Shown: piece after piece, positions 53,481 to 64,000 of the stretch | Numbering within the stretch: position 1 is the stretch's first letter | How the letters are laid out: every line of letters starts with the position of its first letter | Assembly: GCA_964016885.1 (NCBI GenBank) | Contig: OZ024745.1 | Span: forward strand, 26,660,001-26,724,000 | Reading direction: 5' to 3' | From: Eledone cirrhosa | Lineage: Eukaryota | Length of the DNA stretch: 64,000 bases | Translations under genes and position numbers: made by a program | Notes under the pieces: generated by a model | Database searches by the model: none | Seen by the model: the letters and a program-made list of their open reading frames with translations, nothing else | Told to the model about the DNA's origin: nothing

Positions 53481-56329
53481 AAAATATACATTATATCGAT
53501 GAGATATAAGAAATTTAATGTAATTTCTACAATTTCCCCATCACAAAGACTCAACCAGCTTTACTTTTAGGAGGCCCTGTCAGCCAATCTTAGTAAGCCC
53601 TACAAATTCACTATATACTGACAAAGTATATGTATTGATGCCGTCTAAATTAGTAACCATGGTCGATTAAAAGTAAGTTAGTAAAATAGGAGCACTGTAT
53701 AAAATGAAAACTAGATTCAGGCCATTGGAACTCAGATGTATAGTATCAGATCAAGTAACTTTATACTTTTACATGTCGGATCGATATCTATTGAACGTGT
53801 GACCCTCGTTTATTAATATATAGAAAGCTGTTCGGAAACTACTATTGGAACTATCGTATCTTAATTTTCATAATCGGAATGCACAAATCTGTCCAATCAC
53901 TTTAATTTTCGTTGACTCTGCAGCAAACCATTGAGTATATCGTTGTACCTTTCTCTCCATGAGATAGTGGTGGTGGTGGTGGTGGTGGTGGTGAAAGGTG
54001 TGGTGGTCTTACAGCTGGAGGCGTTGGCTGTTGTAGTGTTTGCGGGGGGGGGGGGGTAGTTGGGGGTAATGCAGTGCTACTTCTGGTGGTTATGCTAGTT
54101 GTCATGGTGGGGGGGGGAGGCGGTGGTTGAGGGGGGGAGGGTGATGATGATGATGAAAATAGTTGTAAGCATGATGGTGACGAGGGTTTTGATCATATCA
54201 TTGATGATGTTGTGGGTTTGGAAAGGGTGATGACAGTTCGTTCAATCTACAACGTGACAAGATGTAAATATAATACACCAGATGAAAGGGTGAAAATAGC
54301 GGACAATCTGAACGAAGCTCGATGAGAAATTAAGAAATAGAAAGCAAGGAAGACCAAAGAAAGAAAGAAAAAAGGAAAGAAAGAAAGAAATAAAAAAAAA
54401 TATGAAAGTATAGAAATGTTGATACAACGAAAACATATGCTGTTTTTAACCATTTCTCAAAAGCTTACGCTCTTTAAAATGTGTTTTGTGGCACGTTTTT
54501 CACCAAATACTGTGGTTATATTCAGAATAAGTGTTACTTATACATCTCATATATACAAAATGCAGGACGTTTAAATCTACAGGTGTTTTGTGTAAATGTA
54601 ATTGTATGTATGCGTATTTGTATGTGTGTATATGTGGTGTGGTGTGGAGAGATTGAATGACAAAAGAGAGATTGGAGTAATGAGAAATAAGGCAAGTTAC
54701 GATAGAAACCAAAGAAAATGGGCGTGAGAGTGAACATAGAAAAAACGAAATAAGGCGGGGAAAGATATATTTGAATAAGATGCGCGAGACAACACGGAGA
54801 AAAAAGAAACGGTAAAAAATAAAGAGTAATGGGATGGCAGGAATAAAAGTAGGAAAGATAGATATGTTTAAATGGGATTTGAGATAAAAGTGTAGGCGGG
54901 AAAGTAATATCAAGTCGATGACTTTCTTTTCAACGATTGCCAATACAGTTTACAGACGAAGATCTGGAAAAAATATCTCCCGTGTGCCATTGGTATTAAG
55001 AGAAAGACGTCGTCACACTGCGATGTTAGATATAATACGATGACATCAATAAAATAAGGTAAAGAAAGAAGACAGAGAAAGAAAAGAGATAATCAGTAAA
55101 GTGTGAGATGATAAGATAAAGTAGAGAAGAAGGCGAACAGAAGTAGGGAGGGAACATAGACAGCAATACGACACATTAGAATTGACCGAATTTCAAACTG
55201 ATATTAAGAAAAATATACAACAGAGTGAATTATCAGCTTCGAACTAATAAATAACCACTCCTATTTCTATTGAGTTCTCTCGTTTTTACATTAAAACAGA
55301 TATTATGAAAATTATAAATAATAATCGTTTACTTTAGTCTAGCACGGTTTGTAAATGATAATCTATTACTTTGATCCAACATATTTTGCAGAGAAAGGAA
55401 AGGCATACAAGATTGAACTGATCCTAGTGTTTGATCGGTTCCTATCAGTTGTTTTTGTTACTGTTTAGCCCCCCGGCCGGACAGGATCAAAGATTTCCCA
55501 ACTATTTCTTGCATGTCAAGAAAACGTGCAAGGGCACCCTTATTTGCTCGGATTTCCTTGGATCTCAGATTGATAAAAGAAAAGTCGGCGTTTTAGGGAG
55601 CTTAAATCCGCATTACGATAAATACGAAAATGCATTTTATTTCGAGTGCATTTGTTGCAAAACCTGAAGGCTTTTTTTCAGGCTTTATTAGATCTCTTCG
55701 ACGAAGTATAGTTCACTTTCCTGCTTCCAACAGATACGGTATTTAATGTGGAAATATTCAACTAGAGAGGAAAATTGAATCGTTAAAACTAGAAAATTTC
55801 CCAATTGAGAAATATCCATGCAGAACTTTAATTATGTACTACTAACTTTCACCTTGCATTGGACATCCCATTAATTGGCGATCATAGCGAAGAGGTTTAA
55901 TCAGCTGTTGAATGTGTATACGTATAACCAAGAAAAATATTATATACACTGACGTCTCGCCTTCGGAAACGTTAGGCATCATAGAGATTCTGAAAGAGAG
56001 TGACCAATCAACTCTTAGCATTCACCATTCACTACTCAGGTGAAGATAGATGTCTGCATTCATTGTGCGTGCATTGAATTCTGTCTTCTTCACTTCTGCG
56101 AGTCCAGATTTGATCTACGTCGGAGATCTAACTCACCACAAAACTTCATATCTACTCAGAGCTTGTTCACCTAATACAGCTATTCATTTGCGACAATTTT
56201 CATTAGTGTTAATGAATTTTCTTCTCGTTATGGTGATGATTACAATTAATTAAGAATCATTTTCGGCTCATCACCTTAAGTACACCAATATTTACTTGAC
56301 TATGAATATCATTATAATTATATGTATAA

Positions 56330-56434
<105 letters not shown>

Positions 56435-56934
56435 TGTGTGTGTGTGTGTGAATATATATATAAATATATTTATTTTTGTATATATTCATGTATACGTACA
56501 TACATATACAACACATACATACATATACATACATAGATTGTGGAATACGTATGAATGAGTATACGTTTAAAACGTAATCTCGTTTCCATGTTCATGCAGG
56601 CATAACGAGCACATAAAACATATATATATTGTTTTTATATCTCTTTTACACACTCTAGGTAAGTACCCCTTACCTCTCTACACACTTCTACTCTCTTCTA
56701 TTGTATCTGATTTCCTTCCTAAGGTTTTTTTTCTTTTCTTTCCTTTTTTTACCATTTGTTCTAACTATCGCTCTCTGCTCAACGAACGGTGACCTGAAAT
56801 ATTCCGCCCTTTGATGTCACAATTTTTTTTTCATCACGAAGCAGGATTTTAATATAGAGAATTAAAAGACTGTCAGTATGTATATACGTACACACACACA
56901 TACGCATACACACACACCATGGACAAACACACAT

Positions 56935-57057
<123 letters not shown>

Positions 57058-57118
57058 GATAGGGAGAGAAAGGTAGATAGATGAATAGATAGATAGACAG
57101 AGAGTCAGACAGACAGAC

Positions 57119-57187
<69 letters not shown>

Positions 57188-60100
57188 TGTTTCTTTTATT
57201 TGCCACAAGGGCATCAAAAGTGGGACAAGTACAATGGGGGGAGTTTACAAAACAAGGCGTCCTCAATAAGGAGGAGGCAATAACAATATATAAAAATAAA
57301 ATAAAATATAACAAAAAATAGAATTATAACAAAATCCTCAATAGAGAGGAGGCGCCTTGGGGGGTCGCACACACCCCCGAAAAAAGTGTGCAACCCTTTT
57401 CCTCAGGAGCACAGAGAGGGGGTGCTCCCTCGTTCCTTCCTCTTTTCCACCTACAGGCTTATGTAAAGAGAAGGCCCATTCACACGGGCCATTCTCGCCA
57501 CTTTCACCCATCTTTCATAAAAACGACTGGGGTGCAGTACCTCTCTCTCCATCCTGATCCTTCTTCCGAAATGATATCGGAAGAAACGGACCAGTTGTTG
57601 GCCAGAGAGAAAGGTGCCTGACCTCAGTCCTTTCAGACGCGTCCACCATACAACCTCTTTCGCCATGGCTATTACGCACAGAAACACCGCCTCTGCTTCA
57701 TCTTTGAAGGGGGGAGGCGGCTTGATCATTACAATAGACTCGGTGGTCAACCGGATCGGTCCCACCCTTGACAGCAGTTGTTCGACATAGCCCCACAGAT
57801 CGGCTACGCCCGAGCAGTGTACCAATGCGTGTGCAACGGTTTCCTCGTCGCACACGCATCTGGGACAGATCTTTTTGGCGGGGTCCCTACCCGGGCGCCC
57901 GTGTCTGTAGAGCCTTTCTCGAACGGGTAAAGCTCCTCGGTAGCACTGCCAGGCCAGGGACTTCTGGAAGTTGTCCATAGGTCCCGGGCTGAATGTCCTA
58001 CCGAACAGGCTGGCCAGTTCGTCCTCCTCCATGTCTAGGGCTTCTCCGAGGGCGTCGTCGCACCTGCTGCGTACCAGCCCTCTATAGAATGTTGCGGTGG
58101 AGTCTCCACTGATAACCGGATCCGCCTGCCAGAGGGCGGTGAGCGCCTGGGCACACTCAGTGTGCCAGGCGCCCAGTTTTCTCGGTCTTTGCTTGACCCA
58201 GGATTGCAGCTCGGTGAGTGAGACGAGTCTGGGAAAGGTTCGTCTCACAAACGAGGCCCACACCGGTTGTCCGGTGAGGAATACGTAGAGGTGCCGTAGC
58301 CTTAATGCGTGTTTACGCATCATTAGCCACGGCATCACCAGCCCTCCTTTCGAAGGGTGTTGACAACAGATGGATCTCCTCACCATAGGAGCCCGCCTCT
58401 TCCAAAGGAATTGGAAGAGCGCGCGCTCCATCTTGGTGAGGGTTTCCCTTGGGCAGGGCACTACGGTCAGGCGGTAGTAGATGACGGACGCTATGTAAGT
58501 GTTCGCCACCTCCGCCCGACCTTTCAGGGATAGTTTTCAACTGGCCCACTTCTGGGTCAGTGCAAACACCCTGTTCGTAACCTCCGCCCAGTTTTTCTCC
58601 ATCTGGAGGTCCGGTCCGAACCAGACCCCGAGCAACTTCACCGGGCCCTCCGTCCAGCGTCCGACGACGCCATCGGAGGGCATCGGTCTGCCCCTCCACG
58701 CGCCGAGTTGCAAACCGATCGACTTGTCCCGGTTCAGCTTAGCCCCTGTGAACTTTTCGTACTCCTCCAGTAAGGTGCCGACCGCCTCGATTTCGGAGGC
58801 CGTCGACACCATTACTGTCACGTCATCGGCGTAGGCCGACACCGCTTTCCGCAATCCCGGTTCCAAAGGGATGCCCTGCAACAACTCCAACTTCCGCAGT
58901 AGTGGCTCGAGAGTCAACACATACAGAAGGGAGGAGAGAGGGCACCCTTGTCGGATGGACCGCGCGATTTTGAACGGCTCCGAGAGGTAGCCGTTCACCT
59001 TGACCCTAGAGCAGATGCGGCTGCTGTGCATAGCAGTGATCCAGCCCCTGAAAACGGGTCCGAAGCCTGCCGCCGCTAGCACCGCATCCAGGTAACCATG
59101 GTCGACCCTATCGAACGCCTTAGATTGATCCAAGTTGATCAGAGCCCCACCAAAGCCGGGTTCGTTCCCAACCCTCTCTATGATGTATCGCATGAGGTGG
59201 AGGTTGTCATGGATGGACCTGGACGGGATAGCGCATGTCTGCGCATCTCCCACCAGGTTGCCCACGACAAGCGCCAACCTCTTTGCTAGCACCTTGGCCA
59301 AAATCTGTAACTCTGTATTTAGCAGAGTTATGGGCCTGAAGTTACTTATTTCGTCCCCCTTGTTCTCGCCCTTCCTCACTAGCGTGACTACGCCCTTGGT
59401 CACAGTACAGGGAATTCTCCCGTTCTGTTGCCAGTTGCAGTAGACCGCCTCGAGGAGATCGGGGAACAAGTCCGGCATAGCTAGATATAATTCGTAAGGA
59501 AGACCATCGAGACCCGGGGATTTGCGTTTGCCGCATTGGCTCAGCACGTCCTCTATCTCAGCGGCCGAAATCGGCTCCTCGCAGGACTTCGCCTCCCTGT
59601 CCGAGAGGCGCGGCAGGCCGACGAGGTATGGACCGAAGTCCACGTTCCCAACCGGCTCGCCGCCCCTCTCGAACAGTCGGGCAAAGTGCCTTTGAAAGGC
59701 CTCACACATCTGCTTAGGCTCAAGAATCGCCCGTCCATCCAGGTCTCGCAAAGACCGGATGGTGGATTTAGTTCCACTGTTGGCCTCTGTCACGCGGGCC
59801 CAGCTAACAGCTTTGGTCCCCTCGTTCCCTAGAGCACGTATTTTACTTCGGACAACGCAGCCTTCGTGCTTCGCGTCGAAAAACTGGCTCAAAGCCGTTC
59901 TCGACGCTAGCACTCTGGCCACGTCGCCGCTTCTAATTGCCTCTTCTACTCTATCTATTAGCTCCCTTTCCTTCCTATTCCTATCCGCAGCTAGAACCTT
60001 ACTAAATTCTATCGAGACTACTCTAATCTCTCTCTTTAGAGATACCCACCACCTGCTGTTGACGATCGCTCCAGTCAACCGTTCCTTAACTAACGTACTA

Positions 60101-61225
60101 ATCCGATTCCTGTAGGCTCTACTTGCCGGCAAGGACAAGTTGAGCTTCCAGTAACCGGGGCCCTGTCTATGAGTTCTGTCAAGGTTGACCATGCAGGTCA
60201 CTAATTTGTGGTCTGAATAGCCAACCATGCGCAGTTTTGGACAACTTAAAAAGTCCTTATCCTTAATTCTAACTAAGAACCTATCTAGGTACGACCTAGA
60301 TGATCCGCTACGATTTGCCCAAGTCCAGGTTGGCGCCGTCGGAAAATCTAGTCAATATCTATCGGCCAGGTCAAATCGACCGATTAACCCTTTGAGGCTA
60401 TTACACCCCTCTCTATCGGGGCAGGCCCCTACGTAGTCCCAGCGTGCATCTAGGATACCATTCCAGTCCCCCACTAATAGCAAGGAGCGGGACGTCCCTA
60501 GAAAAGTCTCCAGACGATGGAAGAAGTCCGGCCGCATTGACCCGAAAGGGCCGTAGGCGGCTACCAACCTAAACGCTCCGCCTTTACCACTGCCAAGGTC
60601 CAGAACCACTAGTCGACCCTCCGGGTCCAAATGTACCATCTGTGTTGCGAGACCCAGATGTTTTTGCAGCAGAACGACAACTCCACCCCCACCTCCGGGC
60701 TGACAGAGAGATGCGTGCATCTCAAAGTCATCAAAGGTGGGGGCCAGCTGTCGCACGTTGCTGATCCGGGCCTCGCAAATAACCATCACATCTATACGTT
60801 GTGACCTGAGGTCATTTAGAAGCATTGCTTGCTTCCAAGTTGAGCCCAGGCCACGCGCATTTAAACAGCCTACTCTTAGCATAGCCATGTTGGTGGTGAA
60901 GAGAAAAGGCACTTGCCTCTCTGCGTCCCGGGTATCGGGCTGCACAATTTCCATTAGGGTGGGGGATGGGTTGTTGGGTGGGGTGGTGGTTTGTGGAAGT
61001 GTGGGGGCATCAGTGTGTTGTGTGGTTGGGGAGCTTGGAGTTGTGTGGGTGTTTGGGGAGGGAGTGGGATAGTTTTTTAGGAGGACGCGGTTAATGGGCC
61101 CGACGCAGGGGGGACCCACGTCCTCTTTAAAATTGTTTTTTAAAGTTTTATAGGTGTCCTGTGGGGCCTTAATCATTTTGAGGTGGGGGAAATCCCCTGC
61201 CTGGGTGAAGTTAGGCCCTTGTGTT
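57188..61225 (-). mobile_element. Tx1/L1-clade non-LTR retrotransposon, 5'-truncated, inserted in a (GATA)n array
   Basis: APE-RT-CCHC ORF2. The 3' end reads gcccttgtggcaAATAAAagaaacat, followed directly by (ATCT)n. (AGAT)n lies at 57110-57186 and 61227-61277. Confidence 0.93.
57451..60888 (-). pseudogene. Tx1-like ORF2 (APE endonuclease, RT, C-terminal CCHC), ~1145 codons with two in-frame TGA stops and no frameshift
   Basis: CLNARGL, ICE, GDWN, TW..YLDRF, SDH; KSPGLDG, NFRPITLLN, LDQSKAFDRV, IRQGCPLS, AYADD; CPRC..ETVAHALVHC. TGA stops at 60352-60354 and 58537-58539. Confidence 0.93.
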
Positions 61226-61277
<52 letters not shown>

Positions 61278-61407
61278 CAGAAAGAATGAGGTGTGAGCTA
61301 ACATTTTGATTTATTTACGCTGAGATAATTAATAAACCTTTGTTGTAAGAATGGAAGGTAATTATAGAAAGTTTATCGCGTTATTTAAATACATCAAACG
61401 TATTACA

Positions 61408-61408
<1 letters not shown>

Positions 61409-61488
<80 letters not shown>

Positions 61489-61516
61489 CAGCAGCAGCAG
61501 CAGTAGTAGTAGTAAC

Positions 61517-61575
<59 letters not shown>

Positions 61576-61636
61576 AGTAGTAGCAGCAGCGGCAGTAGTA
61601 GTAGTAACAGTAGTAGTAGTAGTAGTAGTAGTAGTT
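61409..61636. repeat. (AGT)n microsatellite, probably the tail or target of a LINE-like 3' end at ~61636-61670 (minus)
   Basis: The minus strand reads ggcccgtgtggccaacgtagaaac-(tac)n, resembling the Tx1 and SINE 3' ends. Confidence 0.8.
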
Positions 61637-62382
61637 TCTACGTTGGCCACACGGGCCTATACATACAATAAATATAGACTGTCATACAAAAAGCATTTAC
61701 AAAACGTGTGAGGGTATTTATATATATGTGTAATTAAAGGTAGGTGGGTCAAAAGCTTAACACAATAAATTAAATCAGGTTTAAAATTCAGTACATGAGT
61801 CAAATAAAGGGAGCCCCGTCCCACGAGTGTTAATGTCACCATTTAGTTAGGATCAGCGCATGTCATGACTAGAAATAACGTCCGTTATTACATTCTGCAG
61901 AGAAAGTAGTATTTGCTCGTGAGAATCTCCTGGCTTAGGTGCATCACGAATCCTTCTATTTTGTATGGAGTTCCTTAACTATTTGTAGTGTTAGTTTTTC
62001 CAGTATTTCACCATTTTTGGATAATCTTTGTATCATCATCATTCCCTGTAAGTCTCCATTCCTCCTCTACAGTTGTCCATCCCCTACATCGCTGTTTTCA
62101 GGTCTTTCACTGCCAAACCAACATCTTTAGTCAATTTATCGATAAAATCATCCGATGACGCCTGTTGGCTTAAACAAATCAAGACTGCTAACAAGCTCGT
62201 CTTTGCTCCGGTAGCAATGCCCAGCGTATCTTATCATTCTTTCCCTAACTAAAGCTGACACAGCTCTTCCTACGAAGATTGCTTATTCCAGGATCTGTTC
62301 AACACTATTTGTAGTATTTGAATGTATGTCCCATCATGCTTGTTCCCTAATCGTTGTGTCATTGTCCATTATGTTAATATAA

Positions 62383-62444
<62 letters not shown>

Positions 62445-62470
62445 GTATATATATATATGTATATATATAT

Positions 62471-63002
62471 ATATGAATGTATATATAGTGTATTTGGTAA
62501 TACAATGTATGCTTAATTAAAAGCATTTTGAAGACCTTACGCTATTGTTCTAAAGTAGTGACTAAAAAGACTTTAAAACAATAGCGTAAGGTCTTCAAAA
62601 TGCTTTCAATTAAGCATACAGTGTATTACCAAATACACTATATATATACATTCATATATACATCTCTATTTCAGAGCACCAATTCTAATTTTCAATTTTT
62701 GCTGGACCGGCAACCGCTCTATATAATCAGTTCCTGATTATTACTGGAATTCTATAAGAATCCAACATTCATAATTTTCCACAGACAAGGGGAGTGCTAA
62801 GCTCTGAGCAATACCAACAGTATGAAACAGAGATCTGTCAGCTTATCTCCCTTTGTTTGTTGAAAAAAGAAGTAAGCGACATAGTCACTACTTTAAAACA
62901 ATAGCGTAAGTCTTCAAAATGCTTTAAATTAAGCATACAGTGTATTGCAAAATACTCTATATAAACATTCATATATACATCGCTATTTCAGAGCACCAAT
63001 TC

Positions 63003-63007
<5 letters not shown>
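62471..63007. mobile_element. Family D element in an inverted + partial-tandem arrangement between (TA)n runs
   Basis: Direct repeats 62570-62690 / 62890-63007 (period ~320). 62471-62564 is an inverted copy of the same end. Confidence 0.8.
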
Positions 63008-63057
<50 letters not shown>

Positions 63058-63234
63058 TTATTTATTTATTAAAATAACAGATTAAAATAACAGTTAAGGG
63101 TGAAAACAGCGAATCTTTGCTTAAACTTTAATCTGTTATTTTAATAAATATTTGCTCTAGAGCTCTTATATATTTCATACATATTTATCCTTATCGATCC
63201 CTCTTTGGATTTTAGTCTTCACATTTATTATTAT

Positions 63235-63279
<45 letters not shown>

Positions 63280-63283
<4 letters not shown>

Positions 63284-63860
63284 AATGACAATTTCTGTCT
63301 GTTTGTTTGTGAACCTAAAACTCAAAAACTACCAAACCGATCTTGATGAAACTTGATACGAGTGTGGGGTTCATGCCCATTTAATTTCTTTCGTGTATTT
63401 CATTTTAATCAAAGGGTTCCCCGGAGGTTCAAAATCCCGCTGAGAACTCCCGCTTAAATTTTTCCCTTCGATTTATATGAAATTTAAATCATAGGTAATT
63501 GACAAAATATGATGCCTATTTACAACATTTCAATAATATTAAGACACCCTAATGGGGGTTAAACCCCTTATAGTGAAAATTTTGGCCAATAAATGGAACA
63601 AGATCTCACGAACTCCTCCTGTGGTTTTTGGAGATAGACCCCCATAACCATATATATTCTGAAACTACATCGCCTAGGGTACTTGGATAAGTATATTTCA
63701 TTTTAATCAAAGGGTTCCCCGGAGACACAAAACCCCCGCTGAAAACCCCCGCTTACAATTTTTTCACTTCGATTTATATGAAATTTAAACCATAGGTAAA
63801 TGACAAGATATGATGCCTATTCACAAAATTTCAGCAATGAAACCCCCTAATGGTGGTTCT
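63280..63860 (+). mobile_element. Non-autonomous Helitron-like element with a ~298-bp internal tandem duplication
   Basis: Starts ataaatgacaatttctgtctgtttgtttgt..aaaactaccaaaccgatcttgatgaaacttg, which resembles DINE-1/Lep1-type heads (from memory). tatttcattttaatcaaagggttccccggag occurs at ~63396 and ~63694. Confidence 0.55.
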
Positions 63861-64000
63861 ATTTTTTTCCTTATAGCAACACTCAACTTCTCTGACAAAC
63901 ATTTTGCGCCTGACCAATGCAATCAACAATATTTGTTTGTATTATTGTTTCGTAAATGAATTTGTCTTCGCTTCTCATTATCTGTCCTATATTTTGATTT

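Noticed and set aside
56050-56253. YVGDLTHH resembling a LINE endonuclease GDFN.HH motif
   Set aside because: Single degenerate motif; at most an ancient LINE relic.
58537-60354. Selenocysteine or readthrough interpretation of the two TGA codons in Tx1 ORF2
   Set aside because: Positions fit Arg rather than Cys, CpG decay is simpler, and no SECIS was recognised.

Overview
AT-rich, microsatellite-dense eukaryotic DNA, intergenic or deep intronic. The repeat content ((TA)n/(CA)n/(GA)n runs, tRNA-derived SINEs, Penelope and Tx1 elements) is most consistent with an octopus/cephalopod genome; this is an inference. I found no host protein-coding gene I can support, and almost all short ORFs in the track are microsatellite translations. 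Recognisable elements are: a near-intact Penelope-like element (RT + GIY-YIG) at ~85-3085 with a 3' fragment copy at ~44.5-45.4 kb; a frameshifted Naiad-like Penelope element at ~31.97-35.09 kb; an internally deleted mariner; a mariner-type MITE; a CR1 3' fragment; a near-intact Tx1/L1 LINE sitting inside a (GATA)n array; about 15 tRNA-derived SINE copies, several with clear TSDs; and a Helitron-like fragment. The most interesting signal is non-coding. There are more than a dozen type-I hammerhead-ribozyme-like folds (CTGANGA..stem II..GAAA..palindromic stem III..TH..stem I) from at least 7 distinct short repeat families. They mostly sit between (TA)n runs, some are in fold-back palindromes, and some have very long stem II insertions. 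Alongside them are short elements with terminal redundancy. Together these suggest a diverse population of non-autonomous, ribozyme-bearing, Penelope-mobilised (retrozyme-like) elements. All folds were identified by eye and need Infernal/RNAfold and in vitro confirmation.
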